Shown: one piece after another, positions 27,717-40,670 of the stretch | Layout of the letters: each line of letters starts with the position of its first letter | Position numbering within the stretch: the stretch's first letter is position 1 | Assembly (NCBI GenBank): GCA_951406725.2 | Contig: OX597831.1 | Location: forward strand, 7,316,001-7,380,000 | Length of the DNA: 64,000 bases | Source: Octopus vulgaris | Taxonomy: Eukaryota | Direction: 5' to 3' | Program-made: the position numbers and the translations under genes | The notes under the pieces: model-generated | Databases searched by the model: none | Told to the model about the DNA's origin: nothing | What the model saw: the letters and a program-made list of their open reading frames with translations, nothing else

Positions 27717-27873
27717 AATGCAAGAAATATTCAGACTTAAAGAAGCTCATGAAATTGAACGAGAGGAACTGGTTTACCAAATTTCTAACTTGCAGAGTGA
27801 GTTGTCAGATGTTTCTGAAACCAGGAAGATACTCGAAGAGAGAATTGTTGAAACTGAAGAAAAAATTACTGAA
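27717..27873 (+). CDS. CFAP58: CFAP58 exon 6 (MQEIFRLKEAHEIEREE...EEKITE)
   Basis: Poly-T tract + ag|, |gtaagg, phase 2-0, coiled-coil composition. Confidence 0.92.
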
Positions 27874-27884
27874 GTAAGGTTTTT

Positions 27885-27936
<52 letters not shown>

Positions 27937-29932
27937 TATAGCTTTCTTTCTTTCTTCTTTTCACTCTATTCTGCAAGTTTTGTTCCTAAATTCTACCTTG
28001 GTGCTAAGTCGTCAATTAATTATAGAAATTCTTTGAATCATTGAAGCATAGCAGAATGGCCTCATATTGAGTTTAGCAACAGAAATATTGCAGCAGAATG
28101 TAAAGTTACAGAAATGAACTGATGACCCTACAGGTTAAGATTTCAAACATGAGTGCAGCCAGTATACTGTGCCCCCAGCTAAGGACACTGTTCTGAAATT
28201 CTTTAATCTGCCTGGTTGATACAATGTTCTACTTCTACTTCATAAGTCTAAGCAGTCATGATAGAAAAAGGTAGATTTAGTTGTAGAAAATATTAACTGC
28301 TCCAAAATTATTTTAATATTCAAATATGCCAGAAATATTTCTTTTCACACAAGTGCAAAAAAATGGTTCTAAAAAAAGTAAAACATTAAAATGTTTTCCA
28401 TTGATATTTCTAACAAAGGTCTTCATATAAATATTAAAAAATTGTATCATTGAAACTTTACGATAGATTTAGGTCTTGTTTTTTTTATTTTACATGTTTG
28501 AGAAAAACAATATTAAACTGAACATTCAGCTATTTTAAGAACAGAAGTGCTGTCCTTCTAAAAACATTGATCTTTCATGATATAAATTGAGTTGATCTGT
28601 ATTGATCTCTCTTTACACATTCCATTTCTTCAGAGATCAATAAAGATGGAGCTTCATGCTGTTTCCTTCCACTGGTTTATTTTGCTCATCACCTGCTCTC
28701 CGAAGCCTACCCTTGAGATACAGGGCCAGAAAGTAGAGAAACAGGTTCAAATACCTATTTCTTTACTACCCACAAGGGGCTAAACACAGAGAGGACAAAC
28801 AAGGACTGTCAAAGGGATTAAGTCGATTATATCGACCCCAGTGCGTAACTGGTCCTTAATTTATCGACCGCGAAAGGATGAAAGGCAAAGTCGACCGCAG
28901 TGGAATTTGAACTCAGAACGTAGCGGCAGACGAAATACCGCTAAGCATTTTGACCGGCGTGCAAACGTTTCTGCCAGCTCGCCACCTTGAGCCAGCTTGC
29001 CGCCAAGTTCAAATACCATCAGGGGACACACAGCTAGTGCCCAGCCATCTTCAGAGTCCTGTGCACTTTTATCACAGGACATCTGCTATTTGACCCATAA
29101 CTGGGGCCCTTAACAACTTCTACCATTCTATGGCTAGAATGGTTCTGGGAGTAGTGTTGACCTCAGGGTTACTCCATACTTCCCAAAACTCTTGGACTCT
29201 TAAGTTGGGGCTTCATTATCAGATCCAGTTTAATGACAATAAACTATCGAACATTCGGTAGGTTCACAATTCCAGATATTAAGAAATACAAAGGTGAATG
29301 TGTTTGTTTCTGTCAAAAGTTCTTCAATTAATTGCTATTCCATCATTGACCATTCCATTTTTATTGCAAGGAATCCCCTTATTTCTACTTCACATTCTTG
29401 GTTAACAAAAGCCAAAGTGAGGGGACTAAATATCCTTCTAAACTTCTTAGTATTAATCTCTAAGTTACTGTTGTTCCAGAATTAATATTCTTAATAATTC
29501 TTGAGGCATAACAAATGATAAGAATTTACGGGAAGAAAACAAAAAAATTGAAATCTTGGATGAGATTTTAGGATTCTTTAAGTTTAAACAATATTGTTGC
29601 ATGTTGGCAGTTCTAATGTCTGGAAGTTGTTTTAGAATTATAGACATGTGAATAGATATGTATATATATATATCCTTCCCATCCCCCCATCTTATCCCAC
29701 ATACATACCCCACCTCTACCCCCACCCTCTGCCTACCCACATACTCCAACTCTACCCCAACCTTCAGCCGAACCCACACCCTACCCGTATGTGTGTGTGT
29801 ATGTGTGCGTATGTGTCCATTCCTCCCCCCCACCCGTTAATAGCTATTCCTGAATGTTGGTGATTTGGCCTTCTTGAGTTAATCAACGGTTAATGGTATT
29901 TTGTCTTTTTTTTTGTTTTGTTTCCATTTCAG

Positions 29933-30127
29933 CTAACGCATGACATTCAGGTGAAAATCTCTGAATCCCAGCGAGAAACACGTAAGAAGGACAAACTAGA
30001 AAGAGAAATGAAACTAACGAAGGAGGATTTAGAGACGGTAACGAACGAGCTGAAACGTATTCAATACCTGAAAGATAAATACAAAGAAGAAATCACAGAG
30101 AAAGAGAACAGCCTGGAAGAAATGAAA
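29933..30127 (+). CDS. CFAP58: CFAP58 exon 7 (LTHDIQVKISESQRETRKKDKLEREMK...EEMK)
   Basis: tttcag| and |gtaagt, 195 nt. Matches human ASREFRKKEKLEKELK. Confidence 0.93.
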
Positions 30128-31482
30128 GTAAGTGTCCCCTATTTTGGCCCTGAACTGACAAATGTCTTGTGAGGGACTTAGATAGACTGAAACTGGATGG
30201 AAGTAAATCATATGTATATATATATATCCATGTTGGATTACTGTGTGGTCTGATAGCCAGGTCCACTGAAGGAGCTTGCTGTGATAGCCACATGCTTCTA
30301 TGAACCCATATATTGCACTACAAATTTATATAAATATATAAATTGGCGTTAGGAAGGGCATCCTTGGCATTAGGAAGGGCATCCTTGGCGTTAGGAAGGG
30401 CATCCTTGACATTAGGAAGGGCATCCAGCTGTAGAAACACTGCCAGATCAGACTGGAGCCTGGTGCAGCCTCCTGGCTTCACAGACCCCAGTTGAACCGT
30501 CCAACCCATGCTAGCATGGAAAACGGACGTTAAACGATGGTGATGATGATAATGATGATTAATAAAAATATACATATACTCATATTTTGAGTTCTATATT
30601 TCAAAAGTAAAGTTTGCGGCTTTGTTTATCCTCTGTGGTGTCAAAACATAGTTTATAAAAATGTATTCAAATCAAATGATAGAGTCTTTGACAATGATAA
30701 GAAAAAGTTTGAGGTTTTGTGTATCGTTGGTGATGAGTCAAACAATGGTTTACATAAAAATATTCGGATCAGGTAATAAATTTTTTTTTTTATAATGATA
30801 AGAAGATAAAAATTAGTTTACATGAATATGTCCTGATCAAATAATAGAGTTGCAATGGAAGAAGATACCCCAGGGTGAGCCATTTTAACAACGATAGAAG
30901 CTTTCGGCTGCTGAAAATCCTTTTAGACTGGGGTCACCAGTTTATAATGGCAGGAAGGTTTTTTACGATACTTTTGGGGTATCTTCTTCTTCCATTACAA
31001 TTATTCTGTTGATTCAAGAAGCTGGAAATACGAAGAACGAAGTTCCCAGGCGGAGTAAATTCAATCCATTTATTTACACGTGCTTCATACAAGGGGTTTG
31101 CTTTCAATAACCATCTTCACAGCAGTGTGTAGTTGGCCTTCTCTCTTATACACGTGAAGTTCAATAACCTCTGGAGACAATGCATGTGGTATCACGGCAG
31201 GACAAAAGTCCGCTGTGTGCTCCTGGCTTCAAAGTCTTGCTCAGCATCAGTATGAGAAGAATGAGAGGGAAAATGTTTTTGTCTTTTCCTTAAATAATGG
31301 TTGCAGGCGAGATCTTGCTGTTTGAAAATGGTGCTGGCTTCTTTGTGCCTTGCTACAGAGTCTTTGACAAGAAGATAACGCATGTCTGATCAGAAACCAT
31401 AATTGTTTGCAGTATCTTAAATTGAAAATAATATATATATATATTACATATAGTATATCTATTACATGTGTATTATATATAT

Positions 31483-31602
<120 letters not shown>

Positions 31603-31927
31603 CTTACATATGCTATATAACATATAAGTATTATATTTTTTAAATGCCTACAACCTTAGTATGTTGACATCTATAGGCAATGAAAATTAGATTCACTTAA
31701 GACCATAGGCTGAAACAGCTGTAAGAAGTAATTTTTAGGATCTCATTAATTTATACTATGACTTCTAAAATCTGTATTTGTATTATTATTATCTTATCTA
31801 TTGATTTATATAATATTTTTGTATGCTTTTGATGTTCCCATTTGTAAAATGAATAAATAATCTAACATTATAATATCTGTAAGTTGATGAACAAACTAAA
31901 TTTGTTTCTCCATTTTCTTATTTGTAT

Positions 31928-31951
<24 letters not shown>

Positions 31952-31958
<7 letters not shown>

Positions 31959-32205
31959 ATCACGTGACCGACCAATCCATCAGATGTAGTTACACATCGC
32001 TGGTCACAATGCGTTCGCATTGTTTTAGCCTTCGAATGACGCCACCCCGTTGGCTAAGCGAGCAGGCCAACAGAAGAAAGAGTGGGAGAAAGAATGGTGA
32101 AAGAGTACAGCAAGGATCACCACCCCCTGCCGGAGCCTCGTGGAGCTTTTAGGTGTTTTTGCTCAATAAACACTCACAACGCCCGGTCTGGGAATCGAAA
32201 CCGCG
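31952..32205 (-). mobile_element. tRNA-Arg-like SINE (tail type D) within (TA)n
   Basis: Same head; tail ends in (CACGTGAT)2. A tail fragment also occurs at 47983-48075 (+). Confidence 0.8.
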
Positions 32206-32241
32206 ATCCTACGACTGCGAATCTGCTGCCCTAACCACTGG

Positions 32242-32385
<144 letters not shown>

Positions 32386-32432
32386 GTATATATTACACAT
32401 GTATGCATTGTATGTATTATGTATGCTTTCAG

Positions 32433-32570
32433 GTTCACTTGGAAAGAAATGCTCGGGATAACAAAGTGCTTGAAACGAAGCTGCACAAGCTGGATTCTGA
32501 CTTCAAGAATCAACTGGAAGTGGGCGAACAGCTGAACCAAGAACTTGTCTTTAAAAACCAGGAACTGAAG
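32433..32570 (+). CDS. CFAP58: CFAP58 exon 8 (VHLERNARD...[15 protein letters not shown])
   Basis: tttcag| and |gtaaga, 138 nt. Matches human EQLSQENQQKALELK. Confidence 0.92.
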
Positions 32571-32632
32571 GTAAGAATTCACAGACTTTTCAATACGTTT
32601 TGGTTTTTAAACTGGACATGTTTTCCATACAC

Positions 32633-32680
<48 letters not shown>

Positions 32681-33100
32681 GGAGAGGAGAGAGAGAGAGA
32701 GAGAAAAGCAGTGAATCTTGTATCTTCTCTATCTTTGCTTACGTTCAGTTTAACAATGTAAATTTATATCTTTCAAATGACGATTAGCTTAATCCTCACT
32801 TAATTGTTGGGGTTTTTTTTTTTTGTTTAAAATAAAAAAAAAGCTAAGGCCCCATTTTGAGAACAGCTGTCATAACTTTGAGGAGCACTGCATCCTTCAA
32901 AACTTCCATGCTTCCTGAGATTCGCCAACACTACACCTGATTTTCTCCCCTCCATACACACACAAGCATGTATCTGACTCATACACTGTTCGCTTTCCAG
33001 ACATTTGTACATTAATGCATATACTTTATACGCACTTTTGACAAGTTGTGGTGCACCTGAGCACTGTATACAATAATTTCATTATATATTATATATATAT

Positions 33101-33752
33101 AGCAGTTGAGGGAACCCGTGGAAGAGGTAGACCCAGGAAAACCTGGGACGAGGTGGTGAAGCACGACCTTCGAACTTTAGGCCTCACTGAGGAAATGACC
33201 AGCGACAGAGACCTTTGGAAATATGCTGTACGTGAGAAGACCAGGCAGGACAAGTGAGCCCAGCCCACTTATGCATGCCTTTCCTCCCTTGGACACAAAG
33301 ACCTGTTGAGGCAAGCGAAGTCGATATAGAACCTCATCCGACGACAGGCACCTATGCCAACCCCCTTTGCTTGTGAAGACATGTTGGGGCAAGCGAAATC
33401 GAAATCGAAATCGAATTGAACCAGCCAGGATCCCTGGTCTGGTGGTACGTAAAAAGCACTATCTGACTTGTGGCCGATGCCAGCGCCGCCTCGACTGGCT
33501 TCTTTGCCGGTGGCACGTAAAATACACCAATCCGACCGTGGCCGTTGCCAGCCTCACCTGGCACCTGTGCAGGTGGCACGTAAAAAGCACCCACTACACT
33601 CACGGAGTGGTTGGCATTAGGAAGGGCATCCAGCTGTAGAAACCCTGCCAGATAAGACTGGAGCCTGGTGCAGCCTTCTGGCTTCCCAGATCCCGGTCGA
33701 ACCGTCCAACCCATGCTAGCATGGAGAACGGACGTTAAACGATGATGATGAT
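33101..33752 (+). mobile_element. RTE LINE 3' end with (GAT)n tail
   Basis: [22 protein letters not shown]...DRDLWK and a 3' UTR ending GGACGTTAAACGATGATG. Related tails at 1-30, 30340-30560, 36795-36912, 38200-38560, 43600-43860 and 53320-53656. Confidence 0.88.
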
Positions 33753-34299
33753 AAAAAGTAATGATATAATGAACAACATGATTGAGTTGTCTGCTTGTCA
33801 TCCATTAGTTCCAAGTTCTCTCCTAGGTGCGTAGGACAGACAAAGACTACGGAGAAAATGCAGCTAGGATATTCTGTTGGCTGTGCAACGTCAGTGTGCA
33901 TGTATGATGAAGAGCTTGTGCACTGAGAGAAAAATTAGGGAAAAGAGGAATCAGACGGGGTTGTGCCGAGAGAGAAGACTGCATTGGTTTGGTCCTGAAA
34001 GTATATAGAGTACATGATGCTGGCTGAAGAGAGTTGCATAAAGGGCTGGTCACTTGAAGTGGATGAATTTGTGGAAGATGGAGGTGCAGGAAGGCTTTAC
34101 AGAGTGTACTGATGCTTTTTATGTGGAACCCGTGGGGTCACCCTAAGTAGCTCGCATGACAAAAGATATCTCAGCTGAGAGAAGGAATGGAACTGAGGGG
34201 AGGTGGGTGTGTGCCAGGTGAGAGGTTAGAGAATGATGGAGGGACAGAGATTGTCTTACTGTAGAGGAGATACTTGGCTACAACAGGAGAGCAAAGGGA

Positions 34300-34378
34300 G
34301 GGAGAGAGAGAGGAGGAGGAGAGAGTTAGAGAGAGAGTTAGAGTTAGAGAGAGAGAGAGAATTAGAGAGAGAGAGAGT

Positions 34379-34441
<63 letters not shown>

Positions 34442-34765
34442 AGAGTTAGAGAGAGAGTTAGAGTTAGAGAGAGAGAGAGAGAGTTAGAGTTAGAGAGAGA
34501 GAGAGAGAGAGTTAGAGTTAGAGAGAGAGAGAGAGTTAGAGAGAGAGAGAGAGAGTTAGAGAGAGAGAGAGAGAGTTAGAGTTAGAGAGAGAGAGAGTTA
34601 GAGTTAGAGAGAGAGAGAGAGAGTAAGAGTTAGAGAGAGAGAGTAAGAGTTAGAGAGAGTTAGAGAGATAGAGAGAGTTAGAGTTAGAGAGAGAGAGTAA
34701 GAGTTAGAGAGAGAGAGAGTTAGAGTTAGAGAGAGAGTTAGAGAAAGACAAAGAGAGAGAGAGAA
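34300..34765. repeat. (GA)n/(GAGTTA)n compound microsatellite
   Basis: Visible tract. Confidence 0.95.
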
Positions 34766-35360
34766 ATAGTTGGTGTTGGAGATGTACTGGGGCCTATCTA
34801 GAGGGAACTATGGTGGTGATGGGTAAAGTATACAAAGGGGAAAAGAGGGGGATGTTCCATAAAAGTGTGAGGGGAGATGTTTAGAGGGGATGAGAGGAAA
34901 AAAAATCAAGAAAAGTACCAACGTAAAACCATTTTGATCATTGTAATAAATAAATGAGAAACGGATGGAAAATATCTGAGAGAAAAAATTCCAGAAAATA
35001 TTTGAATGAATGGAAAAATAAATAAATGAACTTAAAACATAAAAAAATAGAAACAAATGAAGGAGAAAATAAGATAAAAGATGTAAAAAATCTCATTTAG
35101 AGGAGATGGATAAGACATGGCTGTAATGAATGAGAAAGAAACCGGAATGGCTGGAAGGGTGGGGTTAGGGTTAGAGTGCAGCCAGGCATGTGAGGGAGAG
35201 TGGAGGGGCCTGCAGTGGGTGGTGATCATGGGTAGTGAGATGCGGGGGTATGTACAAAAGATGGGTTGTAGGGGTGTTTAGACAGAGGAGAGATTGTGTG
35301 TGTTAGTGTGGGTCATGGTTGTAAAGGACATGCCTGTATGTATAGCAATGTTTTACTTAG

Positions 35361-35431
<71 letters not shown>

Positions 35432-35636
35432 TATGCCAGGTTTCTTTTAGTTTCCATCTACCAGAGCTACTGACAAGGTTTTGGTCAGCCCAGGGCTATG
35501 GTAGACGACAACTGCCAAAGTGCTACACTGTGGGATTGAACCTGGAACCATGTGGTTGGAAAGTAAACTTCTCAGCCGCACAACCGTGTCTGTGCCTACC
35601 GCCATACTTGTACCTACATTGTTATTATTATCATCA

Positions 35637-35682
<46 letters not shown>

Positions 35683-35693
35683 CATCATCATCA

Positions 35694-35824
<131 letters not shown>

Positions 35825-36215
35825 TTTGTTTGGTATTTAACAATTTCCTGCTGACGAAAGAAGTCATGGTTCTCACTTTAAATTTGCTGGTAACAAAAAA
35901 AAGAAAAGAAAGAAAAAAATGAGAAATCAAAAAACAAACTGGTTTCTATCTTTTATTTTCCTCAAAATCCTTCCTCAGAAGCAAAATTGAAATTTTGTTT
36001 ATTCATTTATGAAATTTTTTACATTTATTTATTTTTCCATTCATTCAAATATTTTTTTCAGAATTTTTTCCACTCAGATATTTTCCATCCATTTTTTTGC
36101 ACTTTTACCCATTTATTTATTTATGATCAAAATTTTCTTGTTTTTTTTTTTTTGTTTTTCGTTTTTCATCCTTTCTCACCCCCCTCCAACTTTTGTTTCT
36201 AATAACTTTGGGTAG

Positions 36216-36375
36216 CAAAAAGAAGATGAAGTAGCAATCTTGAAACGAGAATGCGAACGGCTGAACAAAAACAAAGACACCATCAGCAGGAAATTAAAAG
36301 CTCTGGAAGACACCAAAGTCGAAGGGGAGAAAGAAAAGGAGATGCTGAAGTCCCAGATCAATGTTCTGGAGAAAG
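36216..36375 (+). CDS. CFAP58: CFAP58 exon 9 (QKEDEVAILKRE...LKSQINVLEK)
   Basis: ggtag| and |gtaaaa, phase 0-1. Matches human AKEEEV...KETLKNQIVGLER. Confidence 0.92.
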
Positions 36376-36411
36376 GTAAAAAGGAACCTTTACGAAAATA
36401 TATATATGTGG

Positions 36412-36442
<31 letters not shown>

Positions 36443-36618
36443 GTTTGTGATGTTAGCTGAAAGATGTTAGATGCAATTACAGAACATTTACCATTGCCCT
36501 CTCTCACTAACTAGAACAGAAATCTATGGATTTGTGTGTGTGTGTGTGCGTGCGTGCATGCTTATACATGCATGCATGTGTGTGTTTATACACACACACA
36601 CATATATACATATGTATG

Positions 36619-36722
<104 letters not shown>

Positions 36723-36724
36723 CA

Positions 36725-36789
<65 letters not shown>

Positions 36790-36908
36790 GTATATCATCA
36801 TCATCATCATCGTCGTTTAACGTCCGTTCTCCATGCTAGCATGGGTTGGACGGTTCGACCGGGGTTCTGGGAAGCCAGAAGGCTGCACCAGGCTCCAGTC
36901 TAATCTGG

Positions 36909-37020
<112 letters not shown>

Positions 37021-37105
37021 ATATATATATATGTATATATATATATGTATATATATATATATGTATATATATATATGTATATATGTATGTATGTATATAT
37101 ATATA

Positions 37106-37137
<32 letters not shown>

Positions 37138-37677
37138 AATATATATATATATTATATTCCATAAATCTACTCTATTTTATTTCTCAGCTCATTTCAAGTA
37201 TTTTATTCAATGCTGCAATTTTAACACAACTTCATAACTACATTTGTCATGCTCCACACTCCCCATTATATAGACATAGACACACACACTCCCTTTTAGA
37301 AATCCATTTTTATATATCCCACACTTTCAACCTGTCTACATTTCCAAAACCTCTCAATCACAATTTAGGCATTATTCTTTTGCCTTGATGTACTTTTATA
37401 CAGAGCAAGAGTATAGAGACCTCTCTGCTTCCTCTGCAAATCTCTCCCTCTCTCTTTCTCTCCATTCTCTCCCACTCTTGCTCTTCGGTTAAACCAATTA
37501 CAAATTTTTCAAATATTTATTTTTATCATTTTTAGTTTGTTTTAGAGTTTTATTCTTTTATTCCGTCTATTTTTCATTTTTACGTTATTTTATGTTTTGG
37601 CTTTCTTTCACTATTACTATTCTGTGAATCTAGTCCAGGTTGGAGGAGGGAGTGAGAGATAGATAGATATTTACATG

Positions 37678-37708
<31 letters not shown>

Positions 37709-37924
37709 CTTATATATATAAACACCTTTCAAGTGTTGGGCCTCACAGAGGCAATGACAAATGACTGGGACCTTTGGCAATATGCTGTGCTTGAGAAGAA
37801 GAGCCACCAACCCAAGTGAAATTGTAGTCGTGGCAGATATTGGTGTCACACACACACATATATAGATACACACAGACATGTATATATGTATATATGTATA
37901 TATGTGTGTGTGTATGTGTGTGTG

Positions 37925-37970
<46 letters not shown>

Positions 37971-37975
37971 ATATA

Positions 37976-38060
<85 letters not shown>

Positions 38061-38590
38061 CATATACATATATATATATATAAATTATTTTTTCGTAATG
38101 AGATAAAAAACCAAGGGTGTGTAGATTTTAGAACATTTATAGACAGAAGGTCTTACAGCTGTTTCCAGGATATTTATTATATTCCTTTATCGGTCTCCGA
38201 TGAAGGCACCTGTGGAAGAGGTAGACCTAGGAAGACATGGGACAAGATAGTGAAGCATGATCTTCGAATGTGGGATCTCACAGAGGCGATGACAAGAGAC
38301 CGAAACCTTTGGTGATTTGCTCTGTTTGAGAAGACTCATCAAGCCAAGTGAAAGTGTAGTTGTTGCCGGAGCTGGTGACACATAAAAGGCACTCAGTACA
38401 CTCTTGGTGTGGTTGGTGTTAAGAAGGGCATCCAGCTGTAGAGACCAAACCAAAATCAGACTGGGGCTTGGTGCAGCTCTCCACCCAACCAGTTCCAATC
38501 AAACCATTTAACCCATGCCAACAAGGAAAATGGACGTTAAATGATGATGATGATGATGATATATGGTGTGTGTGTCTGTGTGTCTATCTT

Positions 38591-38654
<64 letters not shown>

Positions 38655-38661
<7 letters not shown>

Positions 38662-39690
38662 GGAGTTTAATGCAGTTATAATTCAAACATTTTACTCCCG
38701 ACACATGTTTCGAAGATCTCACTGATATTATTCCAAAGGAATAAATGGTGTAAAACAATGTAATCTTCTCTTCAGGGAAGTGAAGAAATGAAACTCGTCA
38801 ATAAGACATTTTAACAGAAAATGATGAATATGTATAGTGATTAACTGAACGCTATTAATATTGTTTGAAAAAACGTTATATGATATAACGTCAGAAGTAG
38901 CCTATAGAAAGAGGAGGGATATTTTTTAGTGAATGTTAAATATAAAAAGAAAATTAATGTTCAAATTATATATAATGGTAGAGATTACTTATATGGACTA
39001 AAGGTGTGTTTTTGCCAATGTTTACATTGGTATGCACGCTCTGTAACCATGTTTACTAAGGGATTTTTAGAAAAAATAATGAAAAATAGTTCAGAATTAC
39101 AGAGAAGACAGAATTCCTTGCCTTTGTCATAAGGTATCGGGATTGAGAGAATCAACCATTCTAAATTGAATTGTTGTCGTCTTTTAGATCCCAAATTCAT
39201 TTACTGAGCCCTGTACTGTTACGTTTATTCCTATCACTAAATGTTGGGTAATGGATAGAAATTCTTTTAGATAACTGTAACGATGTGCTTCCAATGTAAA
39301 ATCGTACTTTATTACGAGTACTGATTATACACTGGTATATAGAATTTTTAATTTTAGAGTTACTTGTCATAAACTTGATTCTGTTGTAATTGACTTCAGA
39401 TACAATAACCTTATTATTAATATTTCTAGCGGGATGGATGGTATTAGCTAAATTAATGTTAGTATTAGCAAATGTATTAATATTTAACAGTTTGTTATTA
39501 TGAGAAGAGATAATTTGTAAGAGATTTTTTGTGTTGGAAATACCAATCCTAATCGTATGTGAGTTGATAATAGAGTAATACCTAGAATTCTTTGGAAAAT
39601 TCCTAATAATAGCTTCACGAAGCTGTAATGGGAGATTAGATTTAATTTGCCTCCCGTATGGAAGAATGAATGAACCAAATATCTTCACAA
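38655..39690 (-). mobile_element. Penelope-like element 3' fragment (Naiad-like GIY-YIG endonuclease, disrupted)
   Basis: NSIYQCIISTRNKVRFYIGST...KRISIH...LSK*IWDLK/frameshift/LEWLIL...CLLCNSE...CKH, followed by a hammerhead and ending at (TA)n. Confidence 0.8.
38694..38781 (-). ncRNA. Minimal type I hammerhead ribozyme 3' of the Penelope-like GIY-YIG ORF
   Basis: Minus strand: ACTTCC-CTGAAGA-GAAGAT...ATCTTC-GAAAC-ATGT-GTC-GGGAGT. Intact core, 6-bp stems I and II, ACATGT palindrome. Confidence 0.85.
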
Positions 39691-39828
39691 CTGAGGCTAG
39701 AGCTGGGGATTCATATTAGGCTTCTGTGTTGGCAGGTATACATTAGAGGAAAAGGGACCACAAAAACCAAGCAGGACGAGTATCTCAAGTCATTTATAAT
39801 AATTTAATTAGGGTAAGGCTAGCTTGAA

Positions 39829-39904
39829 GTCTTACAGCTGTTTCTGGGATATCCCAAGTGATAGACTAGTATGTCCGTATACTGGGTTTTCCATCATCAG
39901 AGAC
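39829..39904 (-). ncRNA. Minimal type I hammerhead ribozyme (stem II partly decayed)
   Basis: Minus strand: GTCT-CTGATGA-TGG...CCA-GAAAC-AGCT-GTA-AGAC. Palindrome ACAGCTGT; cleavage triplet GUA. Confidence 0.75.
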
Positions 39905-40582
39905 AAGGTGAGTATGTATGAAAGTTCTAGACAGGGAAATTCACAGTTTATAAGGAATAAAATAGAATAATAAAGAGTTAAAGTAGATAGAAGAGTACAG
40001 ACAGGAGAATAAAGTTTGCAGTTCATCTTTTTCCAGAGGGTATGGAGGTTGGTCCATACTTCCATGAAGGTGTGGGCCCTTAGGTACAATCCCAGGTAAA
40101 TCCAGGCAGTATTTTGAATGATGCGTTCATGTTGATTAAGTGGTTGGTTAGTATGTAAATGGTCCACGTGGTCATATGGAGCGAGAAAGACAGACATCAA
40201 GATAGACAGAAGTGGGTTGTGAGTGAGGGAATAGAAGAGAGAAGAGAAAGAGAGAAAAGAAGGTGAGAAAGAGAAGAGAGAGAGAGAGAAAAAAAGAGAA
40301 AAGACAGGAATGGGATAGGTGTGAGGAAAGAATGAATGGGAGTGAGAGTAAAGGAAAATCCAAAACTCAAAATAAGAAAATCAAAATCAAATAAAAATAA
40401 TAAATAAATAAAAATAAAAAGAATGAAGGTAGAGATAAGATGCCACAGGTGAGAGGTCAGACATTAAGTTTTTTGGTAAAGTGGTGGAGGAAGGTATTTA
40501 TGTCTATTAATTAAATAGATGAAATCTAGGTGTGGTGTGGTCATTGACCACTGACTTGATTATATATATATATATACACATA

Positions 40583-40670
<88 letters not shown>

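Noticed and set aside
39197-39199. In-frame TGA in the GIY-YIG ORF as selenocysteine
   Set aside because: It falls in LSKxIW, not at a conserved Cys; a frameshift follows within ~8 codons; no SECIS recognised.
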